The notes under the pieces: generated by a model | The model's input: the letters and a program-made list of their open reading frames with translations, nothing else | What the model was told of the DNA's origin: nothing | Database searches by the model: none | Origin: Thermoanaerobaculia bacterium | Lineage (GTDB): Bacteria > Acidobacteriota > Thermoanaerobaculia > Multivoradales > Multivoraceae | Length of the DNA stretch: 64,000 nucleotides | NCBI GenBank assembly: GCA_963666565.1 | Contig: OY762911.1 | Coordinates: forward strand, 768,001 to 832,000 | Direction of reading: 5' to 3' | Shown: in pieces, positions 35,365 through 44,679 of the stretch | Position numbering within the stretch: position 1 is the first letter of the stretch | Layout of the letters: each line of letters begins with the position of its first letter | Made by a program: the position numbers and the translations under genes

Positions 35365-35390
35365 CCCTTCCCTCAGCCGCGTGCCGGAAC

Positions 35391-35466
35391 GCCCAGGTAG
35401 CTCAGTTGGTAGAGCACCTGACTGAAAATCAGGGTGTCGGTGGTTCGAATCCGCCCCTGGGCACCA
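35391..35466 (+). tRNA. tRNA-Phe(GAA)
   Basis: GCCCAGGTAGCTCAG...CCTGA-CTGAAAA-TCAGG...GGTTCGAATCC...CCA. Confidence 0.97.
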
Positions 35467-35569
35467 TCCGCGCAGGTTCCTTGCCGCCTGCGGCGGCAGC
35501 GGGTCAGAAGACCCGCGCATGTATGGTCCGCCCCGCTTGTGCAAGGGCACTTTCCGGAGTTCCGGCGAG

Positions 35570-35780
35570 AGAGGTGTCGTTGCTTGCATGTATTCGGCCT
35601 GTTGTTGGGCGTCTCGTGGTTTCGAGCTCCCTGGCCCCGATGGAATACGCGCGCGTCGTCTCTTCTGTACACCCAGACGGCCTGTTGAATGGCCCTGCGC
35701 GGGTTCAGGCTCTCGACGCGCCGGTCCGACCTGTTTCGCCATCGCTCCGTTGTGTCCTCGCAACGACTTGGTGGGGCAAT
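35570..35780 (-). ncRNA. Putative bridge/seek RNA of the IS1111-type element (boundaries approximate)
   Basis: Non-coding end downstream of the transposase contains ACCCGCGCA, CTGGGTG, ATTCCATCG and ATACATG (minus strand), matching the target and donor junctions. Confidence 0.75.
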
Positions 35781-35816
35781 CCTCCTTGGTTGATTCGATG
35801 TGGATCGAGCCGCCTG

Positions 35817-36875
35817 CTACGCGGCCCGAGAGACCTTCTGCCGAGACCCGGCGAGGCGGTCGTCGCGGTACAGCTCGCCGCGGCGAAGCACCGCCCAGGC
35901 GATGCGGCCCAGCTTGTTGGCCAGTGCCACCGTGGCGACGTTCGGCCCCCGGCGCCGCTTGACGTCGAGCGCCCAGCCCTTCAGCCGCGTTCGCTCGCCC
36001 TTCGCCGCCGTGCGCAGGACCGCCCGCGCACCGTGGATCAGGAGCGAGCGCAGGTAACGGTCGCCGCGCTTGCTGATCCCGCGCAGCACCGTGCGACCCC
36101 CGGTCGAGTCCTGACGCGGCACCAAGCCCATCCAGGCCGACATCTGACGACCGCTGCTGAAAGCCCAGCCGTTGCCCACCGCCGCCACGATCGCCGTCGC
36201 CACGATCGGACCGATGCCCGGAATCGACATCAGACGCTGGCAGTGAGGGTTCTCCTTCGACTCCCGCACCAGCATCGCGGTCAGGTCCTCGACCTCCTTG
36301 TGGACCTGCATCAGAGCCTCGTACTGCATCCACAGCAGCGCGCGAAACTGACCCGGCAGCTCGCGCTCCGCGTCGCTCGCGATGTCGGGCACCGCCCGCA
36401 TGACCACCGCCCGGCCCTGACGCAGCACGATCCCGTACTCGCCCAGGAATCCCCGCAACTGGTTCACCAACTGCGTGCGACGGCGAAGCGCCGCCTCCCG
36501 GCTCCGATGAACCTGCTGAAGAGCACGCTGCTCCTTCGTCTTGTACGGCACGAAACGCATCGTCGGACGGGACACCGCCTCGCAGATCGCCTCCGCGTCG
36601 TGGTAGTCGCTCTTGTTCGACTTCACGTAAGGCCGCACGAACTGAGGACTCATCATCCGCGCGTCGTGACCCAGAGCGCTCAGCTTCTCCACCCAGTAGT
36701 GCGCGCCGCAGCTCGCCTCCATGCCCACCAGGCACGGCTCGAGCTGCACCATCAACTCCATCAGCCCCGACGCCTTCACCTGACGCTGAAACACCACCGC
36801 GCCCGACGAGTCCATCGCGCACACCTGGAACAGGCGCTTGCCCAGATCGATACCGACTCGAGTAACCTTCTTCAT
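35817..36875 (-). CDS. IS110 family DEDD transposase/recombinase
   Basis: GIDLGK, GMEASCG, KSDYHDAEAI, SIPGIGPI, GLVPRQDSTGG and ALANKL. Confidence 0.96.
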   Translation of the reverse strand: MKKVTRVGIDLGKRLFQVCAMDSSGAVVFQRQVKASGLMELMVQLEPCLVGMEASCGAHYWVEKLSALGHDARMMSPQFVRPYVKSNKSDYHDAEAICEAVSRPTMRFVPYKTKEQRALQQVHRSREAALRRRTQLVNQLRGFLGEYGIVLRQGRAVVMRAVPDIASDAERELPGQFRALLWMQYEALMQVHKEVEDLTAMLVRESKENPHCQRLMSIPGIGPIVATAIVAAVGNGWAFSSGRQMSAWMGLVPRQDSTGGRTVLRGISKRGDRYLRSLLIHGARAVLRTAAKGERTRLKGWALDVKRRRGPNVATVALANKLGRIAWAVLRRGELYRDDRLAGSRQKVSRAA

Positions 36876-36959
36876 GGTCCGTCTCCTCCCTTGTTGGTTG
36901 GGAAAAACCCATTCTGGCCCTACAAGAGGCCGTAGAGGGCGGGGCGGACCATCCCATTA

Positions 36960-37127
36960 CCCAGTGCGGCGGCAGCGGGTCAGAAGACCCGCGCACCCAG
37001 TGCGACGGCAGCGGGTCAGAAGACCCGCGCACCCAGTGCGACGGATGCGGGCCAGAGGACCCCGCGCACCCAGGAGCGGGTCAGATGCGCACCCAGGAGC
37101 GGGTCGGGAGACCCGCGTACCCAGCCC
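36960..37127. repeat. Tandem REP-like array next to the IS
   Basis: GCGGGTCAGAAGACCCGCGCACCCAG and degenerate copies, about five. Confidence 0.88.
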
Positions 37128-37275
37128 GCTGCCCGGGGGCCGCCGGGAATCCGCAACATTTCCGCAGCAGCTTCCGAACTCCCCGGAACCGTGCCGAACG
37201 GCGGCAAGTAACGGCAAGCACGACAGTTAGCGCCGATCGGGCCCGACCGCTCCGCAACCGGCGGGATCTCTCGTC

Positions 37276-37305
37276 TTGACACGGCCTTCACGCGGCCTGT
37301 ACGTT
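37276..37305 (+). promoter_or_regulatory. Putative sigma70 promoter of the large ncRNA
   Basis: Consensus TTGACA (37276-37281), 18-nt spacer, TACGTT (37300-37305), ending 7 nt before the closing helix starts. Confidence 0.7.
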
Positions 37306-37312
37306 GTCTCGC

Positions 37313-38095
37313 GGATAGGGACTGTGACCAAGAATCGCATCCTGATCCACCGGTCCTGAGACGCGACCTTCGGACCGGAGCCCGAGAGGGGCGAAGTCAC
37401 GTTCGCGTGGTGGGCGCCCATCGACGGCGAAGGAAGGAAGGTCATGACTCGGAAGCCGGGCTCGGCGGCAGGAGCCGCCGGAAGCCGGAGACGCTGAGGC
37501 GCAAGCCGAAGAGAAACCGGATTCCAGCACGCTCCAGCCATCGAGTGGCTCCCGTGGCCGACAGCCTTCCCGGGAGCGGCGCCGAAGGGCGAAAGCCTGA
37601 CGGAGGCGCGACGGGGGAGGCGGCTTCAGGGAAACGGACGGCTGGAAGTTGCCCGGCAGCAAACGGAAGGCCGACTGCAGAACTGGAGCGCTTCGTCGGC
37701 GGACCCTACGGGGGCTTCGTCGTGAGACCCGACCAGTCGAGCGACGGAGTGCCCCGCAGGCGTCAGGCTGGCAGAAGCCAGGCTTCGGCGAGTCCCCGCG
37801 GCGGCGAGCCGCAGGGCGGCAGGCTCGGAGGCGCAAGCCGACGAGAAAGTCGTCCGACGGCAAAGGCGCGGCGGGCCGTTTTCGGCCGTCCCAGCCGAAA
37901 GGGCCGACCGTCTGAACGCAAGTTCGGCCGGAGAGCCCGGAAGGGGAAGGACGGGCGGAAGGGGATTCCGGCGGTGGTGCTCGCGCCCATGACCCAAGCC
38001 CGCCAAGCTGTAGAGGTCCAATCTGGTGCGAACGGGATGAGAGGCTGAGGTCGATTCGGGCGAAACTCCCGGAGCGGTCCCTATCCTCTTTTTTT
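37313..38095 (+). ncRNA. Candidate large structured non-coding RNA (~775 nt), family unassigned
   Basis: GGATAGGGACTG (37313-37324) pairs with CGGTCCCTATCC (38075-38086), followed by a T7 run; nested long-range helices; many GNRA/UNCG hairpins; no credible ORF. Confidence 0.75.
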
Positions 38096-38443
38096 GCCTG
38101 CACGGAACCTAGCACGACGCGACCGTAAGTGCAACCCCATCAGCAACTTGCAGGGGTCCCGCCCAGTACCTCGGCGACTGGCGGCCAGCGACGATCCGCC
38201 GCCGGCCGGCCAGCCGGGCTCGCCGCCGCTCCGACCCGGCGGCCTCCGTCCGCGGGTCCGCCGGCATCGCTGGAACGGAACGCTGTCACGAAACGGTCAG
38301 GCTATCGTCACGCACCGTGCAGAACTCTCCGTGCCAGTCTTCCCCTCCGCTCTCGAAGTCCCGGCGTCCGGCACCCAGGCGACGGCGACCGGACTTCCGG
38401 CACACGGAAAACCGGCCCCACGTAGCAGTCGAGATGCCAGCCA

Positions 38444-39427
38444 ATGCAGCGCGATAACGACGCGCCGTCGGACGCGGCGCCCCCGTCCGAAAGGGATCGC
38501 GACGCCAACGGCGAACCGCTGGGCCGCCTGCGTTTCGGCGAGTTCGAGTTCGACCCCGAGACTCTCGAACTGCGCGGCGACGCGAAGACCGTTCGGCTCC
38601 AGCCCCAGCCGGCCAGATTGCTTCTCCTTCTGATCGCCAACAAGGGGACGGTCGTCTCGCGCGACACCGTTCGCCGCCACCTCTGGCAGGACGAGATCCA
38701 CGTCGAGTTCGACCAGAGCATGAACTCCTGCGTCAAGCGCATTCGCGTCGCGCTCGGAGACAGCGCGGAAGCGCCGCTCTACATCGAGACCCTGCCGAGA
38801 CTCGGCTACCGGTTCCTCCAGCCCGTGACCGAGGTTCGTGACGACAGCCCGTTGCCCTCGGTCGAGCCGGCGCTACCCCGGTACTGGCCGCGCTCGCGAC
38901 GGGCGCCGTCCCTGCCCCTCGCCGCGGTGAGCGTGGCCATCGGGATCGTGTTGACGGTCCTGGTCTGGAACCTGCTCAACACGCGGTCCGGCGGCGCCGA
39001 CCAGCCGCCGCGCCAGGTGCTGGCGGTCCTGCCCTTCGCCGCCCTCGAGCACTGGCCCGGGGCGGAGTCCTTCCGTCAGGCGCTGGCCCAGGAGCTCATC
39101 ACCTCGCTCGCCCGGGAAGGCTCGCGAAGCGTCGCGGTCGTGGCCAGGGACGCAGCTCCCGAGCCGGAGACCAGCCCGCCGCCGCACCGCGTTCACGCCG
39201 ACTTCGTCCTCGACGGCCGCGTCCAGCACGAACAGGGTCGGCTCCGCGTCTGGGCGCACCTCCTGCTCGCGAAGGACGGAACGGTGCTGTGGACCGAGGC
39301 CTTCGACGGCGTGGAGGCCGAGATCCTCCTGTTCCAGGCCGAAGTGAGCGCCCGGATCGGCAACGCGGTCCTCGGCCGGCTGGAGCAACTCGCCGGTCAG
39401 GAGATCTCCCTGCAGCGCAGGGGCTGA
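38444..39427 (+). CDS. CadC-like winged-helix DNA-binding protein with a transmembrane segment and a TolB-N-like domain
   Basis: FGEFEFD, LQPQP..LL..L, VSRD, YIETLPRLGYRF; transmembrane segment; LAVLPF...VLDGRV...LRV..HL. Confidence 0.85.
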   Translation: MQRDNDAPSDAAPPSERDRDANGEPLGRLRFGEFEFDPETLELRGDAKTVRLQPQPARLLLLLIANKGTVVSRDTVRRHLWQDEIHVEFDQSMNSCVKRIRVALGDSAEAPLYIETLPRLGYRFLQPVTEVRDDSPLPSVEPALPRYWPRSRRAPSLPLAAVSVAIGIVLTVLVWNLLNTRSGGADQPPRQVLAVLPFAALEHWPGAESFRQALAQELITSLAREGSRSVAVVARDAAPEPETSPPPHRVHADFVLDGRVQHEQGRLRVWAHLLLAKDGTVLWTEAFDGVEAEILLFQAEVSARIGNAVLGRLEQLAGQEISLQRRG

Positions 39428-39431
39428 CGGC

Positions 39432-40124
39432 TCAGGGCCAGCGGCCCGGACGGCCGGGCAGATCGAGGGCGGCGTCCAGTTCCCGAAGGAAGCGCGACCG
39501 CGGGATCTCCTCCGCCCCGAGGCGCACCAGGTGCTCGGTGGCCTGCTGGCAGTCGACGAAGGCGTAGCCCCAGTCGCGGAGGCGGCGCACGAGATGGACC
39601 AGGGCGACCTTCGAGGCGTTCGACCGCCGGGAGAACATCGATTCGCCGAAGAAGGCGCCGCCGACGGCGACGCCGTAGAGACCCCCGGCCAGTTCGCCGC
39701 CGGCCAAGCACTCGACCGAGTGGGCGAAGCCCCGGCGGTGCAGGCGCTCGAACGCGTCGATCAGCGGTCCGGTGATCCAGGTGCCCGGCCGGCCCGGACG
39801 GTCCTCGGCGCAGGCCGACATGACCTCCCGGAAGCGCGCGTCCACCGTGACCTCGAAGCGGCCGCGCGCGAGCTCCTTGCGGAGGCTTCGCGACACGCGG
39901 AGCCGCTCCGGATAGAGGACGAGCCTCGGGTCGGGCGAGAACCACAGCATCGGACCGTCGACGCCGAGCAGCGGCCAGGGGAAGATCCCCGCCCGGTACG
40001 CGGCCAGCAGCCGCTCCGGTTCGAGGTCGCCGCCCACGGCCAGCAGGCCGCTCGGATCGGCCAGCTCCGGCGGCGGAAAGTCGAGGCGGCGTTCGTCGAG
40101 CAGGAAGGGGCCCCGCCGGTTCAT
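39432..40124 (-). CDS. aat: Leucyl/phenylalanyl-tRNA--protein transferase
   Basis: GLLAVGGDL, AY..GIFPW, WFSPDPR, GGLYG, FFGESMF and NASKVAL. Confidence 0.95.
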   Translation of the reverse strand: MNRRGPFLLDERRLDFPPPELADPSGLLAVGGDLEPERLLAAYRAGIFPWPLLGVDGPMLWFSPDPRLVLYPERLRVSRSLRKELARGRFEVTVDARFREVMSACAEDRPGRPGTWITGPLIDAFERLHRRGFAHSVECLAGGELAGGLYGVAVGGAFFGESMFSRRSNASKVALVHLVRRLRDWGYAFVDCQQATEHLVRLGAEEIPRSRFLRELDAALDLPGRPGRWP

Positions 40125-40252
40125 CGCCGGCAGGTTACTCGCTCGGAAGCCGCCCGCCGGCTTCTCGCAGCGTCGCGCGCTCGGCGCCGCCATCGTGTGG
40201 CGCCCAGCCGCCGGCGGACGCGGACGGCGGTCCGGTCCATCGGCGGCGCGGC

Positions 40253-41317
<1,065 letters not shown>

Positions 41318-41338
41318 CGGTCGCGCCTCCCGGATGCC

Positions 41339-42523
41339 TCAGACGCCGGCGCCGAAGTTGGCGGCGAGGACGGCCAGATCGTCGCCGTCGACCTCGCCGC
41401 TGCCGTCGAGGTCGGCGTCGGCGTCATAGCGGCGCGACGTCTCGCCGGCGCCGAAGGCCAGGCCGAGAAGGACCAGGTCGGCGCCGGTCACCCGGCCGTC
41501 CCCGTCGACGTCGCCCCGCGGAATGACGGCGCCTTCCACCTGGAACCGGCCCAGCAGCCGGTCGTAGACGTTGCCGTTCGCGTCGCCGGCGCGGACGGTC
41601 AGCGTCACCACGCCGCTGAGAGGGACGGGCGGTTCGTAGTCCCATCGGAGGGTCCGCCCGTCGTCGCCGGCGGCCGGCGCGGGCGCCGGCGATCCGTCCA
41701 CCAGGAGCGCCGCCGACTCCGCGGCGACGTCGCTGCCGAAGTCCCGCATCTCCACTTCGATCACGCTGTCGGCCGGGACCTCGCGCGCGCCGTGCGCTGG
41801 CACGAGCCGGGTCGGCACCGGCGGGGCCGTGTCCGTCCCGAGAAGGGCATCGGCAAAGACGTTCGCCAGCAGGTCGTAACCCGGGCCGTTCGGGTGCCCC
41901 ACCGGATCCTCCTCGCCCGCGTAGTAGAAGCCCGGGAACAGCCTCGCCTGGGTGCTGAACTCCTCGAACGGATCGACCAGACCGCGGCCCCGACTCGCGG
42001 CCAGCCGCCGGACGCCCTGCGCGAGGTCCTGGTTCTCCACGTTGTTCGGGTCGAAGCGGGCGTTGCGCAGCCGGGGAATCAGCGTCGCGTGGTACGGCGC
42101 GCGGCCGGCGGCGGCGGCCCGGGATGCCATCGCGTCCAGGTTGAAAAGGGTCGTTTCGGCCGAGATGCCGCGGCTGATGTCGTTCGTTCCCTCCATCAGC
42201 AGCAGGCAGTCGCCCGGCTCGGCGATCACGTCGTCGATGCGGGCGAGCCCCTCGGGCGTCCGCTCGCCGCCGACGCCGCGGTTGTCGACGACGAGGCCGG
42301 GCACGAGGGCCTCCAGGCGCGGCGGGTAGCCAGCCTCGTCCCGTCCGGGATCGTCGCCGACGCCCGCCGTAACACTGTCGCCGAACGCCTTGCAGCGAGT
42401 CGGCGTCTGCGCCGCGGCGCCGGCACCAAAGCCCCATGCCAGCGCGGCGGCGAGCGCCGCGGCGGCGAGCCGGAGCGCCCGCGGTTCGGTTCCGTAGTTC
42501 CCGGAAAAGGAGTTGCCGGCCAA
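41339..42523 (-). CDS. Secreted SGNH/GDSL hydrolase with an Ig-like and a dockerin-like domain
   Basis: FGDSVT, NRGVGG, EGTND and DPVGHPN; C-terminal GDVDGDGRV..ADL / ADLDGSGEVDGDDL; start uncertain. Confidence 0.8.
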   Translation of the reverse strand: MAGNSFSGNYGTEPRALRLAAAALAAALAWGFGAGAAAQTPTRCKAFGDSVTAGVGDDPGRDEAGYPPRLEALVPGLVVDNRGVGGERTPEGLARIDDVIAEPGDCLLLMEGTNDISRGISAETTLFNLDAMASRAAAAGRAPYHATLIPRLRNARFDPNNVENQDLAQGVRRLAASRGRGLVDPFEEFSTQARLFPGFYYAGEEDPVGHPNGPGYDLLANVFADALLGTDTAPPVPTRLVPAHGAREVPADSVIEVEMRDFGSDVAAESAALLVDGSPAPAPAAGDDGRTLRWDYEPPVPLSGVVTLTVRAGDANGNVYDRLLGRFQVEGAVIPRGDVDGDGRVTGADLVLLGLAFGAGETSRRYDADADLDGSGEVDGDDLAVLAANFGAGV

Positions 42524-42680
42524 TGGGCGGCCATCCTACAGAGCGTCGCGTTCGGACCGGTTCAGGGGTTCCGTCTTCTCCACTTATGTGCTATTGTGCA
42601 TGTTTGCAATATCCCCTCGGCTTCCCTGGCCCTCGGTTTCCCTGCACTGCGCTCCCGCGCCATTGGAAGAGGAGAACGAA

Positions 42681-44027
42681 ATGATGAGGCAAGCGTGCGG
42701 TCTGGTTCTCGCGGCGGCGCTGGCGGTTCCCGCCGCTCTATCGGCGCAGGGAACGTCCTACGTCCTGATCGGCGACACGGACGAAGGAAGGGAGGTCCTG
42801 CTCAGCGTCCACAACCCCACGGGCCAGAGCCAGAGCTTCGAGATCCTCGCGATCGCCGCCGGCAGCGCCGGGATCCAGCGCTCGACGCCGCCTTCCCGCG
42901 TACACGTTCCGGCCGGCCGCACCATCGTCTACTCGGACCTCGCGCAGGGCGGGCCGTCCATGCTGGAGGTGACGACCCACGGCCAGCTCACGTTCCAGGC
43001 CTACCTGAAGCCCCTGGACTCCCGCGGCAGGCGGGTCGGCCTGCGCGAGCAGGTCCCGATCGTCGACTCGAGCAGCCTGATCCGCGGCGGCTCCTGGGCC
43101 TACGTCAGCGGCCTGCGGCGCGACTCCCACGACCGTTCGGACTACGCGATCCTGAATCTCGCCCACCGGACCAACCGCTGCGAGCATCGCGTCCGCAGCC
43201 ACGAGGGCCATTGGGCGCGGGAGTCGACCGTGCTGAACCACCCGCCGCTCTCGCTGACCTACGTGGCCGACGTGCTGGCGGTGGTCGGCGTCGACCTGGG
43301 CGACCGCTACACGATCTCGACCAACTGCCCGGACAGCTTCTACGTCGCCGCGGTGGTAACGGACCGCTCGGAGAACCGGACGACCGTGCTGCAACCTTCG
43401 CAGAGCGGCGTCTCGAGCCTGACGCCGCCCGGCTACGGCGAGCCGCCGCCCACGCCGGACCCGGGAACGCCGGATCCGCCGCCCTGCCCCAGCGGCTGGA
43501 CCTGTCTCGATCTCGCCCGCACGAACCACACCGTCAAGCGGAACGACCTCCAGTACATCGCCCGGAAGAACCTGCCAGCCGGCGCCTACCGCGCGGTGGA
43601 ACTGGAGTTCGATCTGCGGACCGCCGGGATCGACCCGGCCGGCGCCCAGATCTTCTGGCTCGGAATCAACCGCCACCGGGACCTGCTCGGCTTCACCGTT
43701 CAGCGCCGGAGCGACCTGTTCGTCCGCCACGGCCTGGGCATCACGCACTCCGAGAAGGCCCGGCTCGTCCTGCCGCGCTCGCTCAGGCAGAACCAGAAGT
43801 ACCGGCTGCGCTACAGCTACACGGCCGGCGGCGAGGTGTCGCTGTGCGTCACGGAAAACCAGGGAACGCCGTTCTGCTCCTACGGCACGGCGAACGTCGA
43901 CTCGCTCGACTTCACCGCCTCCGACCAGATCCTGCTCGTGATGGGCAGCGACGGCACGGAGGAGATCGAACCGCCGCAGTGGGACTGGGCCTACAGCAAC
44001 ATCCAGCTCCGCGTTCGGAAGAACTGA
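42681..44027 (+). CDS. Secreted hypothetical protein with two domains joined by a Pro-rich linker
   Basis: GAGGAG RBS, signal peptide and PPPTPDPGTPDPPP linker; strong GC3 bias. Confidence 0.75.
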   Translation: MMRQACGLVLAAALAVPAALSAQGTSYVLIGDTDEGREVLLSVHNPTGQSQSFEILAIAAGSAGIQRSTPPSRVHVPAGRTIVYSDLAQGGPSMLEVTTHGQLTFQAYLKPLDSRGRRVGLREQVPIVDSSSLIRGGSWAYVSGLRRDSHDRSDYAILNLAHRTNRCEHRVRSHEGHWARESTVLNHPPLSLTYVADVLAVVGVDLGDRYTISTNCPDSFYVAAVVTDRSENRTTVLQPSQSGVSSLTPPGYGEPPPTPDPGTPDPPPCPSGWTCLDLARTNHTVKRNDLQYIARKNLPAGAYRAVELEFDLRTAGIDPAGAQIFWLGINRHRDLLGFTVQRRSDLFVRHGLGITHSEKARLVLPRSLRQNQKYRLRYSYTAGGEVSLCVTENQGTPFCSYGTANVDSLDFTASDQILLVMGSDGTEEIEPPQWDWAYSNIQLRVRKN

Positions 44028-44054
44028 AACGACCGGACGCCCGGGCCTGATCGC

Positions 44055-44672
44055 CTACCGCCGGATCCCCGCCTCCCGAATCTCGACCTCGAAGACCTGG
44101 AGACCGAGTTCCCGCCGGTCCTGCGAATCGGACAGGTGTTCGGCCGGAACGAAGGCGCGATCCGTGGCAAGCGTCAGCTCGAACACTTCGCCGTGTCCGG
44201 GAATCCCGGCCGGAAGCGGTAGCGCACGCCTCTGGCGGCCGGGAGCATCCGCCACGAAGGTCTCGAGCACCTCGTCGCCGACACTGACGGTGACCGTTCG
44301 CGGCCGGTCCCGGAAGAGGCCGGCTTGGCTGTCGTAGTCGATGTGGACCGTCGCCTCGACGCCGAGGTTGGGCGCCAGGACGCTGGCGGCCTGACCAGAC
44401 CATCTCCATGCCGCGTCGGACGTCCTTTCCTCCGCATGCCAACCCTCGAGGTAGCGCACGGGAAACTCCAGCAGGCGCTTGTCCGGCATGGTCACCAGCC
44501 AGCCGTCGTGTTCGACGAAGATCGCCGGCTCCTCGAGGAACGGCTCTTCCTCGCTCGCCGAACGTGGCCGGAGCCCCAGCCTGATCAACTCCCGGACCGC
44601 GACCGCGGAAACCGCCGAGGCTCCGAGGCCGGCCAGAAAAGCTCTCCGTGAGAAGCGATCCCTCATGACCAC
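44055..44672 (-). CDS. Tat-exported hypothetical protein
   Basis: SRRAFL twin-arginine motif; GWH..E...WRWSG...D.RELG..V carbohydrate-binding-like C-terminus. Confidence 0.7.
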   Translation of the reverse strand: MVMRDRFSRRAFLAGLGASAVSAVAVRELIRLGLRPRSASEEEPFLEEPAIFVEHDGWLVTMPDKRLLEFPVRYLEGWHAEERTSDAAWRWSGQAASVLAPNLGVEATVHIDYDSQAGLFRDRPRTVTVSVGDEVLETFVADAPGRQRRALPLPAGIPGHGEVFELTLATDRAFVPAEHLSDSQDRRELGLQVFEVEIREAGIRR

Positions 44673-44679
44673 GCCGTCA

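Larger units (their letters stand above)
35520..36959 (-). mobile_element. IS110 family, IS1111-type insertion sequence inserted in a REP-like repeat
   Basis: Perfect 14-bp subterminal IRs ATGGTCCGCCCCGC (35523-35536) and GCGGGGCGGACCAT (36939-36952), 3 and 7 nt from the ends; flanks rejoin to GACCCGCGCA|CCCAG. Confidence 0.92.

Noticed and set aside
35391-35520. IS targeting tRNA-Phe, or a tRNA-integrated island
   Set aside because: The insertion point is inside the REP copy ~50 bp downstream; no integrase and no duplicated tRNA 3' end seen
33721-37032. 1103-aa PurH fusion
   Set aside because: The extension runs through tRNA-Phe, the IS and repeats; PurH homology starts at 35295
37407-38048. 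213-aa ORF (and 37288-38115 minus) as a protein gene
   Set aside because: Arg/Gly/Ser-rich, no apparent codon bias or motif; promoter, terminal helix and tetraloop evidence favour an RNA
37313-38095. tmRNA, RNase P RNA or group II intron identity
   Set aside because: About twice the usual tmRNA/RNase P length and lacks their signature sequences; no GTGCG start or evident domain V; not formally excluded without Infernal
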